64,000 nucleotides of DNA from NCBI GenBank assembly GCA_039545335.1, contig BCIN01000004.1, positions 1,416,925 through 1,480,924 on the forward strand. Direction: 5' to 3'. Of the stretch, positions 1-13,732 are shown one piece after another; within the stretch, counting starts at the first letter, position 1; every line of letters begins with the position of its first letter. Source of the stretch: Kondoa subrosea (Eukaryota). A model generated the notes under the pieces. It had not been told where the DNA came from. It was given only the letters and a program-made list of their open reading frames with translations, and searched no databases. The position numbers and the translations under genes were made by a program.

Positions 1-422
1 AACACTTTCGGACAGCGAGATATCAATGGAAGCGCAAGAAATGGATTAAGTGATAACTCACTGGTCGTTATCTTTGCTTTCGCCCTTTTCTTTCTCCATC
101 TGTACACTAAGAAGCCGAGAAGCACAAGTAGAAGAGCTCCCGCGACAGATGCAACCGACGCAATAGTCGCTATTATCGGTACTGACAGACCAGAATACGT
201 TGGATTGGTCGCAGACGTCTGGCGGAGAGCGAGAGTAGGAAAGGTAGGAAGGGAAGTAGAAGTAGATTGAGAGTAATATGATTGAGCTTCGATTACCGAT
301 GCTGTAGAATAGTGTCTCTCTATTATCTACAAGCGATAGTCAGCCGACGGCATTCACTGTATTCAATTCCTTACTTTATGGTGATGCTGTTGCCTTGAAG
401 CTTTCGCAATCTTGTCGAACAT
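1..422 (-). CDS. 5' part of a single-pass membrane protein (gene continues off the window's left edge); not in the ORF track
   Basis: ATG at 422 plus a GTAAGG..CTGAC..TAG intron gives MFDKIAKASRQQHHHK/IIERHYST..., an S/T-rich stretch, a TM helix (IIATIASVASVAGALLLVLLGFLVY) and basic RWRKKR, then a GTGAGT donor near 61. Confidence 0.7.
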
Positions 423-711
423 ATGACTTGACAAACGAATGTGAGTATTTCTAAAAGAGTGTGTTGATTTGATCAAAGTGAGCAAAACTTGAGAATGGAC
501 ATGTACAGAAACAAAGGGAGAAAGGAAAGCGCAAAGCAGCGCACGACCACATTACAGAAGATAATGGAAATCATGGGAGAATTCGATTCTATCTACACAT
601 GGCCAGCAAAGTACTAGCGAAGGTATGTTTCGTGACTGGATCCCTGGGTACGAATGTATTCAAAGGAAACATTTCGACAATATACTACTTCTGCAAGCCT
701 GACGGATTTCG

Positions 712-3700
712 CTAATATGCCGAAAAGGTCAACAAAACCGAAGGTCCTTCTCTGGAGATATTGAAAGCTCCAGCACCGTTTGCATGATTGGCAGGCATGG
801 AACATGACGCCAGCACTAGACAGACGATCATGGTTAGACATAACTTGAGAGCAGATCGAAGTACTTACTCTCGTTGATATCGACGGTCGCGAACTATCAA
901 GTAAAATCATCAGTCAAGCTCTCGCTGTATAAAATGCAAAAAGGCTCACGTCCGCGTAGGTACTCAATAGCACTCTGTATACTTCTTGAGCAGTATGCTG
1001 GAACCGCTGAGTAGCTTCCGACAGTTGCAGGCAAGCTACGCCAGCACGAGCCTGTAGTGACGCACTCAGACAAGAATGAGCAAAGAAGGTTGGCGAAACT
1101 TACTCGAATGATATCGTTCCGACTTGGTGCTGCAGGAGCAGCAGCGGCTGGGTGTGACCATGTCTGATCTCCCCACATCGCACCGCCATACGAGGATGAT
1201 TGGAAAGAGGAAGATTGAGCTGGAGAAGAAGGACCATCTGATACATCGTCGAAATCATCCAATAATGCAGAACTGCCAAGTATTGGAGGAGGTGATGGGG
1301 ACCGGAGGCTAGAGCTAGAAGAGGGCACTGCATCGTCATCTTGCATTCTAGGGGGACCAATAGGTTGAAGAGAAGAAAGACCATTGACTTTCTCGTGCAT
1401 TGATGTTCTTCGAGCACCGATAGCTCCGGGTGTATTTGGCGGTTCTGCGCTGACTTTGCGCTGTACTGGCTGTGATCCAAGATTGAGTGCAGCCAAAGAC
1501 GAAGCTGCTGCCCCGATAGGCCCTGGAGCGGTCGAAGTAGAACGAGGAGGTGGACCAATAGGAGAGAGGCCGTTTGCTGGACTAGGGAAACCTCGTCCAA
1601 TCGGACCGGGAGAATGTAGAGAGGGCTGCTGCTGCTGTTGAGAGAAAGGTGCACCCAAAGAAGGCATGCCGTTGCCAAACTTGTTTGTAGGTGAACCAAC
1701 AGGTGACCCTATACCAATTGGTCCGAAGCCATTGACTGGTCGATTTGAAGAGATTGGAGAATGAGAAGGACCGGCGAGCGGAGGTTGCATTTGCTGATAA
1801 GAAGCAGCTGAAGGTGGACGTCCAAAAGGTATCTGGCCAGCTTGCATGCTCTGCATCGAGCGGGCTGAAGGCATTCCACTTGGAGGCATAGGTGGACGAA
1901 TTTGAGAAGTAGAAGCAGAAGGCGAGGTAGGCCCTCGGTAGCCTGGTTGAGGAATATGCATAGGCGGCATCGGACTTGGCATATTGGCGGAGGGCGGACG
2001 CATCATGCCGCCAGATATCATAGGTGTTGGCATTCCTTGACCTGGTTTGGGGCCGGCGATATTGATGGGCTGAACTTGACGAGGATTCTGAAGAGCTTTG
2101 GGGCCAGAAGGCTGCGCTTTGCTGGTAGATGCTTGCCGACTTGCATTCGCTGCAGCAATACGTTTCGCTTCAGCAGCAGCAGAAGCGGCGGCGGCAGCAG
2201 CAGCTTTGACTCGCTGTGCTTCGCGCTCGGCTTCTTCGCGCTCTTGCTCTTCCTTCCGTTTGGCTTCTTCCTTAGCTTCACGTTCGAGTCTGAGAGCTTC
2301 CTTCTTCGCAGCTGCTTCTTTAGCAAGCCGTTCTCCTGAAAAGCTATAAGTCAGATGTTGCTTTGAAAGAGCAAGATCCAGCTTACGTTCTGCCTTTTCC
2401 TTTGCTTTCTGCTCTTTCTCCTTTGCTTTCGCCTCGCGTTCAGCTTTGAGCTTGTTCTCCTTCTCCTTTCGAGCATCTGCTTCCTTCTGGACGCGCTTAC
2501 GCTTCTCCTCTTCACGGCGCATAGCTTCAGCTTCCTTGAGACGTTTCTGCTCTTCAGTCTTCCTTTGTTGTTCTGCAGCACGTTTGCGATCTTCTTCTGC
2601 CTTAGCTAATAATGCAGCTTTGGCAGCTTCTTCAGCGGCGATCCTTTCTTCCTCTTTGCGCATCTTCTCAGCTTCTTGCTTTTCTTTTTGAGCTCTATTG
2701 GCATGTGATTAGCATGTAGGCTACGCAGCAAGCCAGCAGAACTCGCTTCTTCTTCTCCTTCTTCTTCAAGGCATCTTTCGCTTTCTTCGCGTCTCGATCT
2801 GCAGCTGCTCGATCTTCAGCTTCCAGTTCGTACAAGAGTTGTTGTTGTCTTTCTTGAGCGACCTTGAAAGTCACGTTAGCAGACTATAGCAAGTCAGGCA
2901 TGCGAGGCAAACCTTTTCGCGATAAGCTTGAAGGACACGCTGTTCAAACATGCGGGCTGCGAAGATTTGGAACATGCGACGACCTTCTTCCATGCGTTGA
3001 TCATCAGTGACGACTTCCTCTTCCTCGTCATCATCTTCGTCCTAGTTACCGACGGAAATCAGAATTGCTCATAAAAGATCAATAAGGAACTGACGTCTTC
3101 TTCATCTTCATCTTCCTCTTCTTCATCATCTGCAGGTCATCATAAGACTTTGCAAGTAACGCGAACTATTATTGACGCCTACCATCATACTCTTCGTCAT
3201 CTTCCTCTTCCTCATCCTCGAAATTGAGATGCTCTGCTGCTTCTCTTTCGCGTTGAATTCTCTTATCTGCTAAAGATTCCATCATCTCCAGAAACTTCTG
3301 GCCGTCGTTCTTGAGTAGATCATCAGCAACAGTCAGAATACCTCCTTTGACCGCTAAACTGTTTGTGAAGTTGAAGAAATCGCCCGTTCCAGCTGCGGGA
3401 TTGGCAGGAGCGCTTTTCTTGGCAGGAGGAGCAGTGACAACTTGTTTGTTGGCATGAGGAGCAGGCATAGGAACTGGTTTTCCGTTGCTGGCTGTTTTTA
3501 CAGGAGGTGCTTGTTGTTGAGCTGGTGTTGCAGGTTGAGCAGCTTCTGAACCAGAATCATCGTATTCGCCTTCACTATATTCTTCCTCTTCTTCCTCCTC
3601 CTCCTCTTCTTCTTCCTCCTCTTCCTCATCGTAAGATTCTTCCTCTTCTTCTTCCGATTGTGGTTGGGTAGAAGCGGGAGTGTGGTTGTGAGAACATTTC

Positions 3701-5708
3701 CCACCATGATGATGGTGGTGATGTGGATGATGAGGGCATGATGGATTATGCTTGTGATTGCTCTTGTTCTGGGTATTAGCTGCAGGTGGGTTCTTGGCAG
3801 CTGGCGCAGGAGTACGCTTATTGACTGCATTAGAAGTGATTGCTTTCTTAGCTGACGCTGCAGGCGTAGGAGCTGGAGGGGGATTGTAGTCGACGCTTCC
3901 CGGGAAAGGACCAGGACCAGGTGGCGGGGGAATTGCACCATTAGATGACTTGTGTCGCTGTTGATGGAAGGCATACGATTCAAGTTCATCGTAATAAGCA
4001 TCGTAGAGGACTTCAAGTTCTTCTTCAATCGCACTTCGTTTCCTTCCGCACACAGCGCAACTGCATCCATGTCTTTGCTGATCCTTCATCTTGCGCAAAA
4101 CAGATTCTTTCTCAGTCTTGACTAAAGCTCTTCGTTCTTTTTCAGGCAATCCCAACCAGAAATCCCGAATCTTTTCTCTTTCCGGATTACTAGTAGTTGC
4201 AACCGTGCTACCGCTAGCTACGGCAGCACCGTTTCGAGCAGTTGCGGCTTGAGCCTGTTGAGCTTGAACTCGAGCTGAATTGGCGGCAGCTTGTGCTTGT
4301 GCAGCAGCGTTGGCCGGTCGAACCGCGGCAGGTTGAGCATTTGGATTCTGCTGACGAGCTTTTCCATTGCCGTTCAATTGAGGAATGACGGGAACAGCTG
4401 AACGAGTTGGTGCTGGAGGTTGATTAGTACGACGAGCTGTTTGAGCAGCTGCAGCAGGAACACCGGAAGCGGGAGGACGTTGTTGCGCTTGTTGCTGCTG
4501 AGTTTGTGCAGGACGTTGACTTTGTTGAGAAGCAGGTCTGCCTTGAACTGCATGCTGTGGTAACTGTTCGACCAAAGCAGCTTAGTTAGCTGAGTTCCAG
4601 CTTAACATTCTTTAGGACTAACCTTTGCTTTCTGTCTAGCAGCAATAGCAGCTTGCTGTTGTCTTAGCTGCTCTTCTTCATCTTCAGATTCCTCTTCTTC
4701 TGAATCTTCTTCCTCCTCTTCACCTTCGAAAGAACCTTCTTCCTCGCTTTCTAGTTCTTCTTCTTCCTCTTCATCTTCATCATCCAGATATTCCTCTTGG
4801 TTGTTTGTGTTGCCATGAGGATGATCAGGGTGTGGATGCAAAGGAAGCGGTAGAGTGAAAGAGCCTAAAGGAATCGTAGCAGTAGCAGTACCGTTTGGTA
4901 ATTGACCACCATTAACGCTAGCGGCGCGCATGTGAGGAGCAGCAGCGTTTCCAGCATGAGCGCCGCCATTCAATTGCTGTGGTGCAACACCTAAAGCAGC
5001 CCATCCAGTTGATTGAACAACTTGAGCTAATTGTTGAGCTGCTTGATGCATTTGTTCTGGTGTGAGATTAAGTGCTTGAGCAGCTGCACCAGCTTGACTT
5101 GCTGTTACTCCTACACCAGGTGATAGACCAGCAGCTAAAGGCAAAGCATTCTTGATGAAGGATCTTAGATGAGCAGGTAAAGATTGCCAATATTGATCAT
5201 CTCCTTCTATACCGTTCCTGCCATTCGTTCCAGGTGCACCAGCTAACGCGGCAGTAGCGGCAGATTCTATTTGTCTGTAGAGATCGTTCGCAGTTGCCAA
5301 CAATTCAGATTGAGTTGCATGAGCGTTGAAAGAAGGGAAACCAGCGGCTAAAGCAGCAGCTTGAGCAGCAGCAGCTAAAGTAGAAGCAGGACCACCAGGA
5401 GCGAAAGAATCAATGTCGTCCAAGCCTGGTAAATCATCGTCGCCTTCTGCTTGCACGCCGTAACCTTGATAAGGTTCCGAAATGCCTGACTTTTGCTGAC
5501 CACCTCCAGTTTGAGATACAGCAGACTGTTGACTCGTCAAAGAAGTAGGGACTTGAGCTGAATTTGTAGCAGCATTGGCTGCTGCCTTGTTTCGCTTTTT
5601 CTTGTTCTTCTTGCTAGATTTGCTGCTCGCTGCGGGAACTGACTGGTTGGAAGCAGAGACCGGAGCAGTCTGTTGTTGCTGCCCTTTGCCAGATCGTGCA
5701 GAGCTCAT
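712..5708 (-). CDS. NST1: Stress response protein Nst1 (multi-exon)
   Basis: Nst1 signature [112 protein letters not shown]; long coiled coil; exons join through GT-AG and GC-AG introns. Confidence 0.93.
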
Positions 5709-6916
5709 GCTTGTAGGTTTCCGAGAGTTATGACTTTTCGAGAAGCTGCTCTGAATGCGCGCCCGAACGTCTAATCTGTAGTCTTGGCCTTGATTCCCGT
5801 ATAAGCCAGCCAACACACAGGATCAGAAGGGGAGATCACAAGTCGAAAAGGTATATATCGAGACTTCGGCAGTTTGGGACAGACCAGGATTCGCTTGAGT
5901 GGTGATGAACTTTTTGTCATGTAGTGGCCATCTGCCTCCTATCATGCTGTCTGTTACTCGTCTATACTGCTTCTGTTACCTTGCATCTTTGTCTTGTGAC
6001 TTTCAGACGATTTTCATTTAGCAAGCATTATGCATGATGTTTGAACCTTTCGTACTTCTGCTATCAAACAGGCAGACTGTATACTTTGATTCACCCCTCT
6101 CGTTCGCCTTCTTCTTCTTTTCGTTCTTCTCTTCTGTTTTTTCTGTCTGATGCACTCTTGCCCACCTGATCACAAATAGTCTGACCAGCTTGAGCTTGCG
6201 AACTCTTCTGTCATAGCGTTCTACAGACCGCTGACTACCTCTCTTGCCGCATCTCTTCTCAATATAACTGTAGCCTCGATGTACCCGTTCGGTCCCAAGA
6301 AAAAGTCTGACAGATCGTGCTGCAGAACAACCCTCGAAGGTCCATTGATTCGCAGAGAATCTCAAGTTCTTGTGAATGTCTGCTCATCACTTTGCAGATT
6401 TGCATGACTGTCCCTCAAGAGACTCAACGTAGTAGAAAGAAACAAAAAATTGATGAGCGCGCGCCGCACGGTTGCGTCAAGTGAAAGAGAGCATTCAGCA
6501 TCGCAGCACAGTATGAATGGAGGCACAACACATCGTCAAGAGATGCACATAGCAATCGGCAGTGATGCAACGGATCGATTACTGATGGCAGAAAGTCCGT
6601 AGAACCGAAGTTGAACAGCATAGAGAGAAAGAGACGACAGATAGAGACCCCGAGTGATGCACCGCCAAAAAAAGGCAGACCTGCCAGAGTATTGCGAAAT
6701 TGCATCTTCTCCCAAACTCACTCAAGATGACTTAAGAAGAATTGTATCAGAAGACGTTGTCTTGTCGACAGGTGCTTGAGCTTGTGATCTTTGCTCTTGA
6801 CCGACGACCCACAGCTCTCGATCCCTCTATCCTCTTTGTGCTCGCTCGAACCTAGCGCTTTTGCCTTTGTTTTGTTCCTCTTTGCGATTCTTCTCTGCTC
6901 TAGGAGCATTGCCAAT

Positions 6917-9900
6917 ATGCAAGCCAAACTGGCTACATCCTTCCCATTCAGTTCACCAGCAGTCAATTACTTGCAGTCGTTTTCGGAAAACGCTAACCTA
7001 AATCCAGCTGTACAAGCTGGAATCAATTCATTCTGCGATGAATTCTTGTTCCTTACTACTTCTGCTTGTACATCATCAGCTGCGATCGATATTCCCGCTA
7101 CACCTCAAGCAGCACAGATCACAGATGCTCGAATTGCATTACCCTTTACTACGGAAATCTTCAAGTCGCTTGGTCTACTACGAGTATTACCGAACCCCTT
7201 AGGCAGGAATTGTGTGTCAGTAATGCTCGCATCGCAAATACGAGACCGCAGCTGAGATTGCGTATTTCCTCAGGCTTGAAGCTGAATTAGCTATCCGACA
7301 ACTGCTCCGTTCACCGACAGGCAGAATAGCTCTTCTAGGCGATTTGGCACTCTTACGCAAAGAAGCAGCAGCAATTAAAGCTTCCACAGAAACTATCAAT
7401 GTCAAAACCGCTTGGAGTGAACTTCGTCTTTATGTTGGTGAACTACTCAGCAATACAAAAAATACCAATTCAGAAACGAGTCAAGGAGAAATCTTTGCTG
7501 CTAAACTCGCTTCTGCTGATTATTTACCTAAAATCAATCAAGCTGTATTGAAGAAATTAGAAAATCAAACGAGTATCAAAATTACACCTGTTCTAGCTAT
7601 CTATAGCGCTACTGCTCTTTCTTACCTTATATCGCAAATACTGGGCGGAATCGGAAGAATAGTGGAACGGCAGGGGAAATCGATTGAAGAAGCTACAACG
7701 AGCGATTTTCTCACCGCTTTGCAAGAATCGGAAGCATTATGGGACTTTGCTCAAGTAAGTACAAACTCTATGTACGATACTCTGGTGCCGGAAGAGATTG
7801 ACTCTTGTAAAAGGGAACTCGAATTCGTCAATTTTTGGAGAAAGAAATTCTTCAGCCTGTTCGCCGAGGAGGTAGTATCCGACGTAAAGAGAGTACTCGG
7901 CGACCAAATACAGCGTCCTCAATTGATGCTCCTTCGACAAATGTACAAAAGACCAACGGTTCTGAATTTACCCCTTCTGCTTCCCCTAGAAAGAAGAAGT
8001 CTCGCAAATCAGCTGAAGCAGTTGCGCCTCAGAAGAGCCATTCAGCTGTTATCGATGTTAGTCTTTTTCACTCGCGTGACCACATCAAATTAGGAGGTCA
8101 AAGCGTATGGGAATGTGCTGATTTAGCTTCGTTCTTTTTTTCGCACAGGACGACGACGAAGGTGATGCAGAATTTGATGAATTGATACAAACAAGTGATA
8201 CGTGAGTACTTTATATATACGTTGTCAATCTGAGCTGATCTGGTCATGGAACAGATTACAACTCTCTTTAACGCCAAATCGACTGATATCAAAGATGGAT
8301 GTGCGTGTCTACACTATCTAGTAGCGCATAAACTGATGCAAGCGGAGGATAGAATTCAGATCGGATCAAACAAAAGAAATTTGGGATGCCTGCACAGACT
8401 TCATCTGATTTCAGTCCACCTCCATTTTCCAAACTCAATCCTTCCGCTCCTAAGACACCAAAGAATGGAACTCGTTTAGCTGCTCGATCAGGTGTGATTC
8501 AAGAAGAGGAAGAGGAAGAAGACGATAGCGGTCGGTCTTTTATGCTCCTACCCATCGCTTTTCTCATGCTGCGACTGTAGACGAAGAGGATCTATGGACT
8601 GGTAGAAAGAAACCTAAAGCAAAGAAAGAATCGCTCAAAGATTTGCTGGATAGTGAACCGTTCGTTCATCTGCTATTGTCAAATTGCGACAGAGCTTTGA
8701 CAAGTGTTGCAGTCCATGGGCTAGTAGTCTAGATCCTATGCCTTCTCAATCATCGGGCACAAAGAGGAATGGCAATCTTTCAGCTTTTTCAAACCCCTCA
8801 GCCAGCTCGATCAGCACAATCAGCTCGGGCACTCAGAAACAGCTAGATGTCTTTCCGCACCCTCCTGCATCCGTCAAGAAGCAACGTGGACCTAGACTAC
8901 AGCCGAAAGACGAGACTGCAAGACCTCCTCCGAGCAGAGATTTAATGTTTGTCCCGTCTTGCAAATGTGTTAATTTAGCTAATGGTACTGTTCTAGCGAC
9001 TTCTTCAATCAGGAACCGCCCAATTTCGGTCCTCCTTTACCCAGAACCAATTCTTTGGATAAACAACAGCCTCTGCGCAAGAAGTCTAGCTCAAAGTTCC
9101 GCAATCTGATGGGCAAATTGGTCACGAGCAGAGATGATCAAGAAGAACCTTTGTTGAATGATACCAAAGAACGGCCAGCTTTCACGCCTAGTAGTACTTC
9201 TAGCTACTCTTCTTCGCGCAAGCTCAATCACTCTACTTCGCAAAAGTCGTTACATTCTTACAAGGATACTGCTGGTTCAGTCTCATCTAAGTCCGTTCCT
9301 CCTACGCCTACGATATATTCCAATCCTCCTTCAATCATCAGAACTGGACCTGAAGAATTTGCGAAGCCTGCAAGTCGATCCGGCCTTGAAGCTCCTCTCT
9401 TTGTCAAGCCCGAACAGACTAACAGCGAGAGGGTCAGATCGAATGGACGACTGAACTCTGGAGGCGGCGATATGTACAGTGCTCCTTCTAGTGAGTCTCC
9501 CTGCTTAGACACAAAATCGGTACTGATTGGACCAACAGGTCGAAAAGGTTCCCTTGGGCCTATTACCTCAGCACCTACTTCTCCGGTTGTCAATCTCCCT
9601 GCTTCTATACCTATCCCGGTCGCTACGAGTCTCAAGGCAGCCAAAGATTCGCCCTCCTCACCAGATAGCTTCCACACCCCTGCCGGCACGAATAAAGACT
9701 TCGATTTTGGCAATTTGCCCGCAGCTCAGCCAGAAACACCAGTATCTGCTCCACGCAACGCAAAGAGCAGCACTCAACCTGCCCAAACTTCCCCTGAGCG
9801 CAGACGAACATCGATCAAGCGAGTTCCAACACCAGCTGAAATTGATGCTGCAGCCACGACGACTTCATCCCCTGCTACATCTCGTTCTCTACCTCGTCGA

Positions 9901-10527
9901 GCTTACCCTATTTCACGTACAGCTGCAGCTCCTGCACCTACAAATTCGCCCACCGAAGATGTTTCTATGGCGGAACAACAAGCTAGACCTGCTGAGCCTA
10001 TACGAACTTCTTCTCTGCAAACTATACCTATAGTAGAAGAAGAAGTAGGTCAAGAGGAATCAGTATCGCAAGAAGCTCCTCAACCAGCTCTTTTGGCTCT
10101 GCTTACGGATCTACGGAAACGAATGAAAGAGGCTAAAGATGTGAAAGCATGTTTAGCAGAGGTCGAGCTCTTGTTAGCGAATCACTGTGATCCAGTATTG
10201 GTGCAGGAACATCTGTTACAACAACAAGACGAAGCGTTGATCGCTGGTTTCTTGCTCGGTGATTGCGATTCCGATTCCTACCAAAGCTCTCCTGTCCCTT
10301 CTCTGGAAGTAGATAATAGCAATAGTGAAGAGGAGGAAGAAGAAGACGAAATTACTTCACCTACGGATTTCGATGCCGCCGATGCTTCTTTTGATGAAAC
10401 TGGATGTTTACCGATGGAAGATAAAGTGTTGAACAGTGTGACGGGTGAGAAGTATGGGAAACATTTGGATTCGCCTGCTATTCATGCTAGACCAAGAGTT
10501 GGATTGGGTATTGGGTCAAATGTTTGA
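6917..10527 (+). CDS. Uncharacterised protein: N-terminal helical, histone-fold-like region and long S/P-rich disordered C-terminus (multi-exon)
   Basis: ORFs 6791-7255, 7344-8093, 8386-8580, 8684-9109 and 9055-10527 are linked by plausible introns; LAIYSATALSYLISQILGGIG..DFLTALQESEAL resembles H2A-like helices. Confidence 0.65.
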
Positions 10528-10890
10528 TGTGATGGCCGCTTGAGAAAGTCGCAGAGTTTCGTGCTGTGTGTTGTACATAGTCAGTTTCTCTGGCAGAGCC
10601 AAATCCAAGCTTTCAATCATAGTACTGCCGCGCGATCTCTTTGCGCGTATAATTGGCTGAAGTAAAATCTACTCGGGTTGCTCACAACCACTGCTTCCCC
10701 TTCGAGTTCTCACATCGCACACAGTATCTTTAAAGCTGACTGTACTAGTCATCAGCTAGACCTTCCAGCTCGTTCATTCGTTAGCGAGGGCGTCGCAAGC
10801 AGAGCATCTTGTTCCCCTTTTTCTTTTTTACTCTTTCAGAGCTTGCGTGCGTCTCTATTTCTATCGAGTGGCAGATAGACTGGACTTATT

Positions 10891-11531
10891 ATGGACGCTA
10901 CGCACAGCATTATGTCTCCTGCGTACGAGCGCACCAATGTCTATGTGCTCAACTTGCCAGACTTTGTTATGGAGAACGATCTCAAAGCTCTATGCGAGCA
11001 GCTCGGAGGATCAGTGAAGCATGTATGCATCTTAGCAATCAATGACTCGCAGAATCGGTAAGCTAACAAGCAGTTTCGATTTGTCATCCTGAAAGACTGT
11101 CCAGTCGTCGAGGCTTCGTGGATTTCCAGAATGGCACTGATGCTTTGAAAACCGTCAATAACCTTCATGGAGCTCGCTGGATGGGTTATATACTAGATGT
11201 GTCGTTTGCTCGCGCTCAACGTCAAGGTGGTCCGATTCCCTCGCCTCTTCAACAACAACAAGTGCAACAACCTCGAACGCTCCTTCTGCGCAATCTACCT
11301 TGGGTCAGAACGCAAGAAGATCTTGATGCTTTCTGTCTTGCTTTGGCTCCCTTTCAACCTTTGTCAGCGGAAATTGTAGCTGTACACCATATTACTGGTT
11401 TGGTCGATGCGCAAGTAGCATACAAGGGACTTGGAGAAGCGATGAAAGTATGGAATGAAATACGAGAGATCAACAAAGATGAAGGTACTGAAATTCAAGT
11501 CGAAGAAATGCGAGGGCAGTGGTTCCGATGA
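10891..11531 (+). CDS. RRM-domain RNA-binding protein (one intron; second degenerate RRM)
   Basis: RTNVYVLNLP (RNP2-like); intron ~11058-11104; RRRGFVDF (RNP1-like); ALKTVNNLHGARWMGYILDVSFA; second RTLLLRNLP. Confidence 0.85.
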
Positions 11532-11795
11532 ACAGACTTCATATTGTACAAGGTAGAAGTGATTCTCCACTGAGCAGACACAATGACAAGAGATGGCATT
11601 TCAGCGAAATCTCAGACATAGTTCGCAAAGGGAAACAAGCAGCTGACTAAACAGCACCCAAAATAGTAAGGAGGAATTGAAAAGCAGTATATCATAACAT
11701 TAAACACTACTGTACAGAAGAAACAACAAAGCAAATGATGATTAGCCTCATACTTAGTCTCCGGCTCTTTCAAAGATTCCCGGTTTCGTTTTTGT

Positions 11796-13732
11796 TCACT
11801 TTTGATGTATAGCAGGATCATGGATGTTGCCATCACCAGCTTGAGAGCCACCAGTTGAAGAAGGTACTGGTTTTCTTACCGAGCTAGATCGAGCAGTGTA
11901 GCCGGAAACAGATGATTCGGCATCATAAGCTGAATCTCCTTCTATATATGTGTTTTGGTCAGTTCTGCCCAGAGTATACGGCATAGCGAAATGAGACGAA
12001 CGAGAAAGAGACACAACTACAAGAGGGAAGAATCCAGTCGTTTCACCTCCTCCGTTTATGCCTTCAGCGATTGTTCCAGAAGCCCAACCGTCATCAAACT
12101 AGGAACCGATTAGCAAGAGAAGAGATAAGAGTTGAAGGAGACTTACGATCTTATTGATGGTTACTAGCGTTTCTGGCTCGAGATGAAGTTCATCAGGCAG
12201 ATTTGCGTTGTAAGTATATATCGCAGTGACGACGCTTCCACTACATCAAAACAGAAGTCAGTACACTAACCAAATACAGTGAAAAGGGCGACTGACGGCA
12301 CAATGTTCTTGCGAGAGTAATGATCTCTATAGGATGAAACCAAATTTCTTGATTCGCGAGAAGAAGAGTAAGCCGAGGAATCCAAACTAGTTCTTCTTCC
12401 ACCTCTCAATCTACCACTGATAAAGTTGCTGTTAGGAGTACCAAGAAGTTCAGGATCCGAGGATTTCTTTTCGTTGAAAATAGGTGAATTGCCATCATCT
12501 GAAGAATGACTGCTGTTGTTCCAGTTATTGTGTTTAGATTTTCTGATTCCATAGACTTCCGCCATAGTATGACCACCTCTGCTTTTTCTTCTCCAGCAGC
12601 AAAACCAGAAGAGTGCAGCTAATTTGAGAGCGCCAATCACTGATCCAATGACGATGCCAGCGATAGCACCTCCGCTGAGTCCACCACCACCACCATTATT
12701 CTTTCCTGCGTCATTTGAAGTATTCGAGCTGGTATTAGGTAAAGCGGTAGCACCAGGAGCGTTGGTAGAGAAAGCAGCATCTGAAACTTGAGCTGCAGCA
12801 AGAGTGTATCCACATCCATTCAGATCAACATTGTCTCGACCACAGCAAGAATTGACGAGCGCTCCGCTTTGTGGGTTGCAGAAGTTGCAGAGTTGAGTTT
12901 TTGATCGACCGAAACCGCAGTTGGGTTCGTTCAATTGGCCTAGAACACAAGTTGCGGTATTATTAGAAGATAGAGTAGTCCAATCTACAATCAAACGTCA
13001 GCTTGAAGCAATCAGGACTTGGGGATAAAAGTTATATACCTGTGCAGGAGGTGAAATCTTGAGTTAGATTGCCTTGTCGAGCGTCTCCCACTGTGTTGGT
13101 TGGTCCACAAGACAAAGCATCCTACACAGAGAGATGAGCTCAAGCCGCACGAGATTAAAAGCTTGGACTTACATCGACTAGGTAGTTCTCACTTGATGCA
13201 AACAGCAAACACGTTTGTTGGCATGCCATACGACGAATTACATTAGTTCCAGTATAGCAGCCGGCAGTATACGATATCTGGGTGAACTTAGAGCTGAGAG
13301 ACATATTTGATCATGATCCGTTCCTTAAAAATAGGAGAGGGATAAAGGGCCTACCAAAGGAAAGTTCTTGAATACTGCAGAACGAAGGTAGAGCTAGTAT
13401 TAGAGCAACCCAGGTCCTCATTGAACTTCTGTTGCGCGAAGCCACCCCCGATAGCTAAATAGTTTGACATTTGATTGTCGAAGCTGGCTACATCTGTGAC
13501 TTTGGAGAAGAAGTCCCATTCTTGCTGCAGATTGCTGGGATTGATGTATTGATCAGAGAAGCCAGGGCACATACTGAAAGTGGGAGCATCACATGTAATG
13601 AGCATAGAATTCCTTTGCAGACGCCAAAAGTCAAGCTTACGATGATCCAGTAAGCTGGATGCATCCATTGTTCTGCGCGTTGACCAGACCTGCAGCACCC
13701 AAGGCGAGCAGGGCGACAGAGGGACTGAGCAT
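11796..13732 (-). CDS. Type I membrane protein: signal peptide, Cys-rich ectodomain, TM helix, cytoplasmic SH3 domain
   Basis: MLSPSVALLALGAAGLVNA signal; CIQLTGSSMCPGF and CVLGQLNEPNCGF..LCNFC..SCC; GLSGGAIAGIVIGSVIG TM; SH3 exons VTAIYTYNANLPDELHL..FDDGWASG..GFFPLVVV. Confidence 0.85.

Noticed and set aside
1100..2691. Multiple overlapping and antisense ORFs within NST1 (likewise within 9055-10527 and 61464-62690)
   Set aside because: Shadow frames of low-complexity coding sequence.
3560..3660. (TCC/TCT)n tracts here and at ~4680-4790 and ~26680
   Set aside because: They encode poly-Glu or poly-Ser runs in proteins; not independent repeats or CRISPR-like arrays.
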